A DNA stretch of 64,000 nucleotides, from assembly GCF_006345805.1 (NCBI RefSeq), contig NC_043002.1:105152001-105216000 (forward strand), read 5' to 3'. A program made the translations under genes and the position numbers. Positions 27,471-41,743 of this stretch are shown piece after piece; position 1 is the first letter of the stretch; the number at the start of each line of letters is the position of its first letter. The DNA comes from Octopus sinensis. Taxonomy: Eukaryota. The notes under the pieces were generated by a model. That model ran no database searches, was not told the DNA's origin, and saw only the letters and a program-made list of their open reading frames with translations.

Positions 27471-28288
27471 GTTTGGAACATCCAGTTCCCGACCTAAACA
27501 TACGCACAAAACGCTTTGCTGCGGCCTTTGGAAGCATTCTCTTTCATGTCATGTTTCCCTCGCACTCACAGTTCTTGCATTTCGATTGCAAGATGTCCAG
27601 GACAAAATTATCTAACAAAAAATCCAACATCATATTTTCTTTTTCATGTACATGCGCCTTGTAACCCATGAATCTTGTGTCCCTGTTTCTTTCGGTGATC
27701 TCAATGTGTGATTTAGTAAATCATTATCTCCTTAAGTATAATCTTTCAACATTTCTTTATTAGTAATTCTGTACACTTCTTTGCTCCTTACACCGCATCA
27801 ATGCTTGGTAAATCTCCTTACAGAACTTATTTCATTTTTGGTACACAGTTTGAGATTCCTTTAAAGCAGGTACTTAAGTGCATAGTAATAACTAGTGCAA
27901 TGAATCAATGAAATACATAAAAAGAAAAGACATCGTAGACAGTGAGTCACCTAAGATATCTTCCGGATTCTCCCATTTTCCAAAATGTCATTTCTCACGT
28001 CCATGGAAAAGAAATGAGACGTCTTTCAATTTCAGAAAATAAAACCTTAAAACAAATATTGTAAAACAATTTTTATACCCCTCTAATCTTTTTCAAAATG
28101 CCACCTCCGGTTTCTATATAAGAGATACAAGACTAGAAATTTGGTGGGGAGACAGAAAGTAAACTATGCCGACCCAAGTTTATAACCGGCACTTTATTTC
28201 TGTGTAAATATGTATTTATTAAAAATACATATTGTTTCTAAAATATAATGAATCAAATGAATGTACTAATAAAAATAATAAGCATGTA

Positions 28289-28289
28289 T

Positions 28290-28346
<57 letters not shown>

Positions 28347-28367
28347 TTACTGCTGCTGCTGCTGCTA

Positions 28368-28402
<35 letters not shown>

Positions 28403-28412
28403 ACTACAACAG

Positions 28413-28479
<67 letters not shown>

Positions 28480-28500
28480 TAATAATAATAATAATATTAA
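28289..28500. repeat. Compound (CTA)/(CTG)/(AAT) microsatellite
   Basis: Directly visible. Confidence 0.97.
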
Positions 28501-28914
28501 TACTGCTATATAAAAAACATTTTTTCTTGCTATACCTCTAAGTTTGTTGCAGTGGAAATGAGTCACCGGAAGATAAGCGTTTTGTACTACGCATGCGTGC
28601 TTCATTAACTTTAACAGAATGCGTTATTGACACAAAAAGGACCTTCTAATTTCCTGTTCACATTGAAGACAGTCAATATAGTTATTTAATTTTTTTCACT
28701 CATATAACTGGTGGGAGACGTTGTGTGCTGTGTGTGTGTGTGTGTGTGTGTATGTGTGCGTACGCGTGTGTGAGTGTGTGCGTGTGTGCGTGAGTGTGTC
28801 TGCAAATGTCTGTTTGGAAATGTGCGTATATTCATGGATTTTGACTGTACTACACATACTCAAACACATACACAACCATAAACGCACTTACACACACACA
28901 AGCATACACACACT

Positions 28915-28956
<42 letters not shown>

Positions 28957-29298
28957 GTGATTTTGCTCTTTATAAAGAGTTCTCTCAGTCCAAAATCTTT
29001 TGTTTCATTTCGCTTTTCTTGCATCGCACACACCAGATGCTAACAAAACGCCATATTGCGCATGCACAGTTGTGCCGGGGCCTTAATGACCGACTCGTTT
29101 CTGGAAACTGACTGAAGAAGCAATCCATTATTCGGTTTGTAGTAACATCGTAGACACCAACGCAAAATTTTACATCTGTTTGTCTGATGTTGCTCTTGTT
29201 ATCCGTTTAACTAGTCATCATGTCAACCCTAGATGTGTCAAATTATTGTTTAGCAATTGTTCAATAATTTGTGAAATAATATCTGAAAAGACATCCGA

Positions 29299-29387
29299 GG
29301 TGAGTTGGTAGAAACGTTAGCACGACGGGCAGAATACTTCGCGGTATTTCGCCTGTTTTTATGTTCTGAGTTCAAATTCCGCTGGGC
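29299..29387 (+). mobile_element. SINE family A, head only
   Basis: ggtgagttggtagaaacgttagc...gttctgagttcaaattccgc. Confidence 0.7.
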
Positions 29388-30611
29388 ATTCAACACCGCT
29401 ACATATCTTTCACATTTCCCATTAGAAAACGTTAAATGAACTCTGTCAGTATAAACAGCTTTACAGATTATAGAGGTATACTGCAGATTATAATGTGGGA
29501 TACGTTACATTGAAGAAGAAGATGGCAACGACTCTGTAGTTCACGACGATGATTGGGTTATGGTGGTCGCTTCTAGGGTTTTTCGTTTTAATTTTGAAGC
29601 AGAGTTACTTTATGATGAAACAATAGTGTACTTTCGTGTGAAATGTGATTTGTGACCGCCTTTGCTGTCACGTGCGGTTGTTTTTATTTTAAGAGGCTGA
29701 GAGAAATAGGGTTTGTCAAAAAATAAAAGATGTGGCGAGAAGTGTATTTTGTTATACAAGCAATACATATCACTCCAGGTTATGTAATACAATGCAGCCG
29801 CTGTAATATTTTCAATCCTATCAATAACCAACTGTGTGTGATAAAAAAACAGAGACCGAGTAATACCTTCTAATTAGTTATTTAATCTTTGATAAAATTG
29901 TTACGAATTTCGTCAGAAGACCAGCGATTTTAAGGGTGGCAATTTTAAGGGTGGACGATTGCATGGACTCCAATGATTAGTGGTGCTACTTTATCGGCAG
30001 CAGAGAAACATTTGAACTCAGACCGTAATGAATTAGACGAAACATTTGACCGACACGTTAGCGATTCTGCCAGAACACATGTATTTGAAGTGGGTAGGGA
30101 GCCGGTTACCTCAATCCCAGTGTTCTGATTGTACTTACTTTCTGGATTCTAAAATTATGAAAAACAAACTCGACCTCCAAGGCATTTTGTGAACAGAGCG
30201 CAAGGTCGGAAGAGATGACGCTCAGCATTCTACGAAAGGCGTTAATAATTTGCCAGTCTTTCCTTAATAGAGTCACATAATATACTAAATGATTTTCTTG
30301 TTCGCGTCTTAGAGAACAATTCTATTGAAACTTTCGCCAGCACAATATGTACGCAACGAAACATTGCTACAACTCAAGTAATTTAATATTCCAACAAGTT
30401 GCCAAGAAAGTGTTAAGTTTTCAAATTGATCCAGCCACATTATGTTAGTCATTAATATCAGAGAGTTTATGAGAAGTACATTCGGGGTTAGTTAAAGGAA
30501 ATCTACATTTGACGAAGAAACGCCAAGCAAAGACGAAATATGGAGATACAGCAGTAAATTATTTCTCTGTCCACGAATGAATTATTCCGAACATATGCTT
30601 CATGGTTCACC

Positions 30612-30646
<35 letters not shown>

Positions 30647-30649
<3 letters not shown>

Positions 30650-30816
30650 GCTTACACAAAACAACTTCCAGGACGGATTCCAAAAGTGGCAGGAGACCTG
30701 GGACAGGTGGATTGCTGCGCAAGTTGACTATTCTGAAGGAGATGATGATAAAAATAGGCAAATAAGTAACTTTTTATTTAACAATTAATGCAGGATCCTT
30801 TTGATACCACCTAGTA
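30647..30816 (+). mobile_element. Mariner 3' terminal fragment
   Basis: NFQDGFQKWQETWDRWIAAQVDYSEGD (cf. FQKWQERW.KCI...GDYFEGD), followed by a TIR-like end ccttttgataccacctagta. Confidence 0.7.
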
Positions 30817-31136
30817 TATTAGAGAAGGACAGACAGAGATAGTGAGAGGGAGAAAAAGAGAGAGAAAGTGGGAGAGAGAGCATAAACCTTAACGAATTCA
30901 ACTAAGGAAGAGCAAAGTTTGACGAATGAGATATTATCTAAACGCTATTATACACACACAATACACACATAACACACACACACACACACACGCACGCACG
31001 CACACACTCAGACTTACATGCATACACGCACATACTCTCTCTCTCTTTCCTCTCTTCTCTCTCTCTCTCTCTCTCTTATACCATTCCGACGATGCAGGAA
31101 GCACTGCAAATGAGAAAGGACCAAAACATATATATC

Positions 31137-31188
<52 letters not shown>

Positions 31189-31492
31189 GGGAGAGATAGG
31201 GAGAAGGAGGAGAGAGACAGAAAAGAAAAGAGAAATGGGATAGGGAGAGAGAGATGTGTATGTATGTATGTACGTATATGTTTGTGTGCGTACAGAAGAT
31301 ATACATTCAGTTATATTCGAAACAAATTTTCCATTTATTGTGATTTGTTTCTATTTCACGAATATTGAAATTCCATCTTTGTATAATGCCATGGATCTCA
31401 TGAGTTCTATATATGGTATTTATGTTGAAGTGACTGAAATTTATTGTTGAGATTTGAATAACCTCAATTAAATCGGGGGCTTTTGCTATGAT

Positions 31493-31592
31493 NNNNNNNN
31501 NNNNNNNNNNNNNNNNNNNNNNNNNNNNNNNNNNNNNNNNNNNNNNNNNNNNNNNNNNNNNNNNNNNNNNNNNNNNNNNNNNNNNNNNNNNN
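31493..31592. other. Scaffold gap (100 N); adjacency across it is not sequence-supported
   Basis: Run of exactly 100 N. Confidence 0.99.
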
Positions 31593-31846
31593 GATGCGTG
31601 CGATTTCTGCTTGCGTTTATAATCCACGGCTACCTGGGGCCACTAGAGTCTCTTTACATCACTATACTTAACAATCGGCAGAAAGAGAGCGACAGAAAAG
31701 GAACTTGATATAAATATGAGGAATGGCGACCAAACTGATTAAAACAGTGTCCTGGCTTGGCTGCAGTCCAATGACTACTGAAGAAAGTAAATGATAAAAA
31801 CATTGCATATTACATATACATATGTATATGTTATATATATATTATA

Positions 31847-31888
<42 letters not shown>

Positions 31889-31937
31889 ATATTATAATAT
31901 ACATATATATATATATATATATATTATATTATTATAG

Positions 31938-31970
<33 letters not shown>

Positions 31971-31991
31971 ATATAAGAGAGAGAGAGAGAC

Positions 31992-32041
<50 letters not shown>

Positions 32042-32121
32042 CATACATATACTGCATATATAGATATGTGCATTCGTGCGCTTGTGTGTGGATATTCTCT
32101 TGTCTATGTATGTGTGTGTGT

Positions 32122-32159
<38 letters not shown>

Positions 32160-32746
32160 TGTGTGTTTGTGTACTATGGTATATATATTTTTTTTATGTG
32201 TTTTCGTTTTCCTATCACACTCTATATAATTTTTAGCATTTCTGTCTCCGATTTCTTCCTGCAGTGTTTCTCATTTGTCATTTCTTTTTATTTATTTTTT
32301 TTTTTCAGTTTTTCCTTTAATTCGCAGAAATAGCAATCAGCAGCAGCAGCAGCGGCAGCAACGGTACCATATTCAATATATAGAGCAATAAATATTATTT
32401 TTTTTCATACATCGTTGAAAAACACATTGAATCGAATCATGTAATGTATCTATTTAGTCTGTGTCTAAATCAGCGATGCAGAACATTTTTTTTATTATTT
32501 ATCGTGGGCCACACAATATTTTGTTTCATCTGTGTCCCAAACGATGACGACTGAATTAAACCGGAATTCTATGTTAAAGTACAAATCTCAATCAAACAGT
32601 GAAAAGAAAGAAAAACGTCAGTACACGTATCGAAAATGTAGGAACATTAAATGACTAAAAAACGAATGACTTTAATATTGTAATTTCAAAAAAAAAAAAA
32701 AAATGCAACCTAATCAATATGCAAACAAATTTCTCTTACTTGTTTA

Positions 32747-33058
32747 CATGGCTCAGTGATTAGAGCGTCGAGCTTGCGATCGTGAGGTTATGTGTTTTCG
32801 ATTCCCGGGTCGGGCTGCGTGTTGTTTTCTTGAGCAAGAAATTTTATTTCACGTCGCTCCAGTTCACTCAGCTGTTGAAATGAGTTGTGACGTTACTGGT
32901 GCCAAGCTGTATCAGCCTTTGTCTTTCTCTTCGATAGAGGAGGCTGGTATACATGGGCGACTGCTGGCCTTCCACAAACAACCTTGCCTGGACTTGTACT
33001 TCTGAGGGTAACTTTCTAGATGCAATCCCATGGTCATTCATGACGGAAGAGGGTCTCC
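32747..33058 (+). mobile_element. SINE family C, near full length
   Basis: catggctcagtgattagagcgtcgagcttgcgatcgtgagg..ttcgattccc (A/B boxes), central cttgagcaag..gctccagttcactcagctg, end gaagagggtctcc followed by (TA)n. Confidence 0.9.
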
Positions 33059-33131
<73 letters not shown>

Positions 33132-33304
33132 CATAGATAGATATGTAGTTAGACACAGATATATAGATACATATATATCTATATACACACATATATAGAT
33201 ACATATATATATATACACACACACACACATGTATATATTCATATATTTGTGTGTGTGTGTGTGTAACTTAGATAAATTAGATATGCCGTACTCTTTCACC
33301 ACAA

Positions 33305-33520
33305 CTTTCTCTCACCCTTTCTTCCTGTTTCTGTTGTACCTATATTTCAAAAGGCCAGCTTTGTCCTACTCTGTGTCACGCTGAACCTCCCCGAGAACTA
33401 CGTTAAGGGGACGTCTGTGGAGTGCTCAGCCACTTGCACGTTAATTTCATGAGTAGGCTGTTTCGTTGATCGGATCAACTGGAACCCTCGTCGTCGTAAG
33501 CGACGGAGTGCTACATCGCT
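33305..33520 (+). mobile_element. Dispersed retroposon 3' tail (family D; also at 56638-56865)
   Basis: ctgtgtcacgctgaacctccccgag..cgttaaggg..ctgtggagtgctcagccac..gttaatttca..gacggagt is shared by both loci. Confidence 0.75.
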
Positions 33521-34544
33521 GTATTTAAATGAGCCAGTATTACAGAAGGAGCTAGTGTATGGTGTTCAATGGATACTTCGAATTAGCTGCCCAACAACCT
33601 TTAAAATTAAATCAATTGTTTTTAAAATTAAGTCAACAAGATGCAAATAAGAGGTTTCCGTAAGACATATCCACCTGTTTAATAGAGAAATGAAATTAAT
33701 CATTTCGTAGGAAGGGCTCTGATGGGGTTAAGTCCTAAATGTTTGGACAACACACCATACCATTATAGACATGCTTCGCAGATATCGTCAAAAACAGCGG
33801 TGGAAGCAATCTTCAAACAGTTCAAAGATGTACGATTCTTCAAAAGGCAGCGAGAAATAATCTCACCGTTCATAGTCACTCTACAACTACAACAATAACA
33901 ACGACCACGACCACCACCACGACGATGAAGACAACTGCGCGAGAAGCAACAGCAATAGCAACAACAACAACAACAACAACAACATCAATAACATACACAC
34001 AATGCAGTCTGTTTTATTTCTTCGACATTCATATCTTCATCATACAGCACATTCTTCCAGTTTCTATTTAGCCGTGTGAATATGAAAAATGTATAAAAAT
34101 GATAAAGTACGGTTTGAACGTTTGACGATAAAAAGAATTCTGTTTTCTATTTTCACCAATAGATTAATATCAATTTCATACTTTATTCCACCCCCACCCC
34201 CGAACACCCCCGCCCACCCCCATCAGCACCTCTATTCTCTTATGAAAGCTAATATCGAAATATTGTCAAGAAAAATCTCCTGTTTCTGTCTGTTTTCCAT
34301 TTATTTGCTGTTATATATTCTTGTTATAGTTTTCGCTTTTTTTTTCTATACATGTATATACATACAGACACACACACTTACACACACACACACTCACACA
34401 AACTCACACACATACACTTACACACAAGTACATACACACACATAGTTTTTTTTTTCCATAACATCAATGTGAAAAATAAAATACTTGCGAGAAGTTACAG
34501 ATATTTTTTCTATATCTTTATATGTGATTTCTTTTATTTCACCA

Positions 34545-34651
34545 TTGTTGTTGCTGCTGCAGCAGTTGTTGTTGTTATTGCTGCTGCTGCTGCTGTTGTT
34601 GTTGTTATTGCTTTTCTTGTTGTTGTTATTATTATTATTATTATTATTATA

Positions 34652-34708
<57 letters not shown>

Positions 34709-34710
34709 TA
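34545..34710. repeat. Compound (GTT)/(GCT)/(ATT) microsatellite
   Basis: Directly visible. Confidence 0.95.
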
Positions 34711-35050
34711 AATTTCGTTTGCTTTATTTTGTTTTTCAGCTTGCTGTTTCTAATTTAGGCTATCTGCACAAAAGCGTTGTGTCTGAATTGTATTTTCTAC
34801 GGTGTTATAGATTTACACTTTGAAAACTATTGATGTATTTAGCGACCAGGCATGTGATAAATCACTTATTGCATTCTAAAATCTATACGACTAATGATAC
34901 TCTACTCTGGCGAATCTCCTCTGCTTTTTATCATTCATGATTTGTTGATATCACAAAAATACTCCCACTTTTGTAGTAGACGCTTCCGGGCTTAAATCTC
35001 AATTAATTCGCCGTGTCTAAACATGGGACCAGTTGTTATTTTGGTTGGTA

Positions 35051-35092
<42 letters not shown>

Positions 35093-35689
35093 TTGTAGTT
35101 TGTGGTGTTGGTGCTTGTATGGTTGTGGTGTTACCGATTCTATTATTGCTGTTGTAGTTTGTGGTGGTGGTGGTGGTGGTGGTGATGGTGGTGGCGCTGT
35201 CTTATATTGGTGTGGGCTGGTGTGCTATGTTTGCCGTTTATGTTCTTCGTATTTATAGTGGAGGTCGTGAAAATATTGTTGTTCTTGGTTTCGTTGTTTA
35301 TGCTGTTGATATTGGCGGTGGTGGTGGTGGTGGTGGTGGTGGTGGTGGTGATTGTGTTGGTGGGGTATTGTAAACGGCTGTAGTGGTGAGAATGGGGTAT
35401 TTTTGGCTGCTTTTTTATTGTTTTCTTTTATGAGTTTTCTTCTTGTTTAACCTCTGATCAGCCCTCATTGAACCAAGCTGCTATCAAATTTACTTCACAC
35501 ATGACTACCATTCGTGTTAAATGTTTACGTGTGGTACTAGAATGTAGCTCTGAGACTTAGGCATAGAATTGTCGTGACCCTCACGACTCAGAAGGCAGGA
35601 GTTTAGCCCATTTTCCAACCGAATGTAACTGACTGTGATTATAAAGACCCTCCACACTGAACGAGGCGCTGATATGCTGCAGGATTAAT

Positions 35690-35830
35690 CTCCCAGCTAA
35701 CTATTTTACAGATAAGTGGACTGAGCAACATAAAATGACGTATTTGCTCAAGGATACAACACACCAGCTGGTTTCGAAATCACAACCACGATCTTTAAAT
35801 CGTGAGTTCAACACTCTAACAACTCATCCA
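35690..35830 (-). mobile_element. SINE family C-like degenerate copy
   Basis: agtggactgagcaacataaaatgacgtatttgctcaaggatacaacac resembles the reverse complement of the family C central domain. Confidence 0.5.
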
Positions 35831-37034
35831 AAGCGTTCATTATGCAGCACGTAGCGCCTAATATGTCAAGATCTTATGTAAAACAGAAATATGAAATTTG
35901 AAGAAGATTTGGTTGCTATATCTATCCACTCTAATAACCACATCGAGACCAACACATTATCACCAATAACCTTGCTGAAGATGTTATTTTAAACATGATC
36001 TTCCAGTTTTGTATTCATGTATAATGTGTTTCCGGCTAGATTTTTCCAGGGTGTCTTTCCGTTTTGTTATGAAGTTAAGGTTTTATTTACTGTTTTTAAA
36101 AAAGACCTTAAGAGTTTTGACATAATCTGAGTTTGGTACAGTTGATGCTACTTAGTACAATGAAGAGTGACCAGGACCACAGCATTTTTTGTGGGGGTTG
36201 ATTTCCCCTACTACGCTTCATTATCTTTATAAAGGGGTTAGGTGTGATTGACATATTGGTGGTTGCTGGTTTTAACAGTAAATGCAACAACATACAGAGC
36301 CATTGTTTTACGTTGTTAAATCAGAAATAGAAACCTATGCAAGCGTGAGTTATCAAATGAAGATTAATACTTTCAATTATTTTCTCAGCATTTCGCATTA
36401 GGCGCTACTTTTCTAACAATGGAATTGATATTCCTCTGCAACATGTCTCAGTTCTTTGAATATTCTTTTGCGAAGTAAGGAACCGTTTCCAGGAAGCAAC
36501 GTGCTCCCGTGAGACAGATAACACGGATGTACTCATTCAACATCTTCTCGACAATCGCAGAAAATGCTTTAGGAGAGAAAAGGCGAGGAATTTGAAGTTC
36601 AATGGGTAGGAGGAATGGAGCTGAGGGTTAATTTAGAGCGTAGTGTGTGTGTGTGGGGGGGGTAGCAATAATATTTGCAAACGACAAGAGGAGGACAGAG
36701 GGGGTTATTTAATTAAGCTTGGGCGGGGATTTCAGAGGCATACGCACTAAATGCGGTAGAAAACATAAAAGGAAGAAATCAAAATAGGCCGTGGATTAGA
36801 GTAAGTCTATGAAACTGATATCGCTTGCCGAGCATGAATCAAATATCATGAACTAGATAGGGGACAGTTATTCCTAAAATCTCTTCAAAAATTAAACGTA
36901 CATCAAGGTAAATATTCATTATAAAAACGCTATTGACAGGAAAGTACAGAAAGAATTTTGAGGTGTAGGCAAACTTTGTGTGTAGAGTTAGGTGGATAAA
37001 AAAAAATCATCCATATGCTCGTGATAGAAAGATA

Positions 37035-37037
37035 GAG

Positions 37038-37131
<94 letters not shown>

Positions 37132-37165
37132 GTATACTGATTGAGAGAGAGGGATAGAGAGAGAG

Positions 37166-37200
<35 letters not shown>
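37035..37200. repeat. (GATA)n/(GA)n microsatellite
   Basis: Directly visible. Confidence 0.97.
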
Positions 37201-37202
<2 letters not shown>

Positions 37203-38506
37203 TAAATATGTGCGTGGAGTGAAAAAGAGAGAAAGAGAGAGAAAGAATGAGTCTTATTAAGTTACTTGGAGTGATAACAGAGATAGAAATTATGCAAATG
37301 AATGTATACATTTCTTGAGAAGAGCAATGTTTGATAAAAACCATGCGCGGTTTCGGCCTTAAAAACTCTTTCAGTATACTTTATAATAACTGGAAGCTAT
37401 TTGTTCAATCACTCGTGTAATTTTTGCTTCTGTCTGACTCGGTCTGTACAGATAAAGCGAAGGGGTAATAGATCGCGTATGAATTCACAAGTTTCTTTTA
37501 AGTGAGTTGAGATTACAAAGATTCATTAAGGTGCTCAGATTTGACCAATTTCAACTACTTTTGAAATCACAACTTTGAACGTTTGCAGGTAATGTATATT
37601 TTACTGAGAATTTTAAAACCTAAGATTCAATAAAAAAGAGTTGTTATTTGGATCCAGACCCCGCATTAGACCAAACCAGAGAGACAGGAGGAGTTTTACA
37701 TCTCGTATAAACAAACGAGTTCCGGGGTTGAAGAGGGTTGCAGTCTAGAAATATAGAATTTGGTTTTTGCTTTAGCTTCTATTTACGTAATCTTAGCTAT
37801 CAACTTCTACATTTGCTGAATAATTATTGTTATCAACTCATAATTAATTGTTATAGGTTTTCTTTAGGTTATTGAAAAGTTGTGCATGGAAGAAGCAGAA
37901 TTACATTTATTTTTGCATCCCTGTAGTTTAGTCCTTGTTACGATAATATGGGTATGGAGTTGAACGATGATGAGAGATTTTCCTGCCATGGCTCACCTTC
38001 CCTTGATAATTCTAAGAAAACTGAGCGCATTTCAGTTAAAATTTTGCTGTTATTTCTAGCAGGTCAATCGGCCATGCGGAAGACCACTCTATTAAATCGT
38101 AATTTCAGAATTAGAAAACTCTGCAAGTGAGAGTTGTCAACTAAAGATTTATTTTTTCAATTACTTCCCGAGCTCTTAGTATTTGACTTTTATTTTTTAA
38201 TGCTTTCGTTAAATCATTCTGTTAGAGACAATAAATAAATAAATAGAAATATATATATAAAAAAAAAACGCAGAAACATTTTGAGTTAGACAACCAGATT
38301 GGCAATGTTCTTAGACTAAGCTGTCTTCCAGAACATTCTTGATTAAAATGATAATGATAAATGACACAAAATAGAATAAGAAGTAACTTAAAATAGCATA
38401 AAATACGCAGGAGAATGTTGCCTCCTTAAGGAAAGATTAAAGCAGCACTTCAAAACTAAATTAAACAATCTGAAAAGATATATGTGTATGCGTTTTGCGC
38501 GCTTGT

Positions 38507-38545
<39 letters not shown>

Positions 38546-38736
38546 TATATATATATTATCTATATATATATATATATATGGTACTCTGTATAGTGAGTTT
38601 AACCCTAAGATAACTTTTAGAACTCGCTGCATTAACAACGTTGAAGTTGTTTCGGGCTTAACCAGGGCTCTTCATGTTATTAACACCAAATTGGGAAGTT
38701 GTGCTTCTGTAGTTCAGGTCGTGGAAAGGAAAACTT

Positions 38737-38767
<31 letters not shown>

Positions 38768-39464
38768 TATAATATATATATATATATATATATACGTGTG
38801 TGTGTGTGTGTGTGTATGCATCTCTCTCTCTCACTCTCTCTCTATATATATATATATATACAAGAATGTTTTGCGTTATGAGATAAAAAAACCAAGGCTG
38901 TGTTTGATAGAACATTTATAGATAGAAGGTCTTACGGCTGTTACCAGGATATTTATTAATTAAATCCCTTCATCGGAGACGGTGTGAGATGATAGTTAAG
39001 TAAATATATATATATATATTGTTATTTTTCTTATGCAGAGCCAGAAATCCGGGATCTGGAATTATACAATAGTTTTTTGCCAGTTTATTTTGTCTCTGTC
39101 TTCTTTCCTGGTGCGGTATGAATATTTGATGTGGTTTTAGAGTCAAGTTTTGACTGCGATATCTAGCATGATGGTATCTTTGAGATACCTTTAATTATAA
39201 TTTTAATAATAATTATTTACTATGAGGTTTTTATTCCTTTGCCAGCCACTTGATATGATCGGTATATTAAATAACGATCTTATCCTTATTTATATATATT
39301 TATATATTAATGCACGTGTGAATATATTTATATACAGACAGTGAGAAAGAAAAAAAAATTTTTTTTTTGAAAATTCACCTGAATTAGGAAAATTTGTAAT
39401 CGTCACTGGTAGGGATTTTTGCTTGTAACGACGTTTTATTTTTTTTATTTCAGTGTACTTATTA

Positions 39465-39841
39465 CTCTCTCTTTTACTCTTTTACTTGTTTCAGTCATTT
39501 GACTGCGGCCATGCAGGGGCACCGCCTTTCAGTCGAGCAAATCGACCCCAGGACTTATTCTATCGGTCTCTGTTGCCGAACCGCTAAGGTTACGGGGACA
39601 TAAACAAACCAGCATCGGTTGTCAAGCGATGGTGAGGGGACTAACACACACACATATATATACATATACATAAATACGACGGGCTTCTTTCAGTTTCCGT
39701 CAACCAAATCCACTCACAAGGCTTTGGTCGACCTGAGGCTATAGTAGAAGACACTTGCCCAAGGTGCCACGCAAAGGGACTGAACTCGGAACCATGTGGT
39801 TGGTAAGCAAGCTACTTACCACACAGGCACTCCTGCGCCTA
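39465..39841 (-). mobile_element. SINE family B, full length (tRNA-like head, internal microsatellite, 3' tail)
   Basis: Minus-strand head taggcgcaggagtgcctgtgtggtaagtagcttgcttaccaaccacatggttccgagttcagtccc; tail ...ggccgcagtcaaatgactgaaacaagtaaaagag. Confidence 0.92.
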
Positions 39842-40049
39842 TATTATTTTTCCACGAATGGATCTGATTCGTTAAAATAGTGATGACGTCTTTGGTGGTC
39901 AAGTTTGTCGTTCTGCCTGGTTGACTTCCCAGAGGAGAACGGTCATCGGCCGTTCCAGTTGGTTGATTCTCTTAAAGTGTTATTTTGTTATATTTACTAA
40001 AGTTTCGCTGCACCAGGATGTGGTCCTATCGGCTCAAAGTAGCATTTCA

Positions 40050-40440
40050 TTTACTTGTTCTCGCTGCCAGGAATTCTAGGGAATGTTATTGGGTTCATGG
40101 TGTTTTGGGGTGAGAGTTCGGTTCTTGGGAAGAAAGTTTCGCCAGCTTCCCTATCAGGATGGTGCGTAAGCATCCTTTTGAAAATAGAGTTAAACGTTCG
40201 TAACGAGTGCAAGATTTTATTGGCTTCTGCTTCCTCAGTTTCTGTCTGAGGGAAATCATCCAATGCCAAACTTTACTAATCATTTTTGAAAAATACTGAC
40301 AAACTGGTCCCTGCTGGCCTTGGAACCGCTGACAGAAAGAACCTGCCCTTCCTGGCTGCTACACTGATGCCGATACGTTACGGGTGGTCAAGCTGAGATA
40401 TCAATGATTAGCGCTTCAACCTCGGTTTCGACGCATGTAG
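40050..40440 (-). mobile_element. Degenerate RTE-type LINE fragment (post-RT region)
   Basis: Across frameshifts SKVWHWMISLRQKLR (cf. KVWxxxxISLxTKLR), CLRTIL and SWRNFLP (cf. QRCLRxILxISWxD). Confidence 0.4.
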
Positions 40441-40842
40441 TCCAATAAAGTCGAATAAAACGCAATCAGACCTGTGTTCTAAAACATTTTCTCTTACGTG
40501 AGAATATATTCTCTGCGACAAACAACAGCGAAAAGCTTCTACATTTTCAAGTATCTCTAAAAATATTTAAACTAGTCTCGAGTTTATATGTGATGAGGCG
40601 GTTTTAGGAAATCCTTAATTTCTTTGAATACTACATCCGATTATATAGTAACAGATGTCTGCTTTTATTCTAACGCTCTATCTAATTACTTAAATGTTGA
40701 TGCACGTTCTCATTAATTAAGTTTCCAACACTTGTAACACTGTACAGTAAATTAGTATAAGCAAATTTAGTTCCATCTTGGATTCTCTGAAATATCATAT
40801 ACATACATACATACACACACACAAATACACACACGCACAATA

Positions 40843-40890
<48 letters not shown>

Positions 40891-40996
40891 ATACATACAT
40901 ATGTATAAATACTTACATAAATATACACACCACACATATATTTACATACATATGCATATATACATATATATGTAAACACGCACACACACATACACA

Positions 40997-41050
<54 letters not shown>

Positions 41051-41407
41051 CATACATATATATCATTTATATTATCATATATGTATACACATAAACACAA
41101 TTGCGCTTGCGCATCCGAACTTCTAAATGCGCCCTATCTTTGGCAAAAAGTACAAGTGGCCAACGTCAGATAAGGCTCTCACAATATTTTGCGGTATTGA
41201 GGCCTATCTACGATTTCAGGACACAGGGAAGAGAACAAATGGGCGATTGGTGGTATCTCAATTTCAAGGGGACACTGAAAGTCATCCCACCGGAAGATTG
41301 CCATACGTTTCCTTTTATCAAATGCTCCGTAAATCTCCAATGAACATCTCTGCATATATACATATGCAGATGTAGTCACTTACGCACACACACACACACA
41401 CACACAC

Positions 41408-41451
<44 letters not shown>

Positions 41452-41530
41452 GTACATACATATATAAACACAAAAAGCGATACAGGCTCGTATATTGCAT
41501 CCTGTACATTTCGTGAGTCAAACACAAATA

Positions 41531-41565
<35 letters not shown>

Positions 41566-41708
41566 TATGTAGATATCTTTATTTATATATATATATATAT
41601 ATATATACATATATTACATATGAATATCTGTATATCTATATCCATATGTACATTTAATATAATATATATACATATATATATATATGTATATATATATATA
41701 TGTGTGTG

Positions 41709-41743
<35 letters not shown>

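Noticed and set aside
40051-40269. J-domain-like HPD motif in ORF ..KRMLTHHPDREAG..
   Set aside because: No other J-domain features; neighbouring frames carry RTE-type LINE motifs, which explain the region better.
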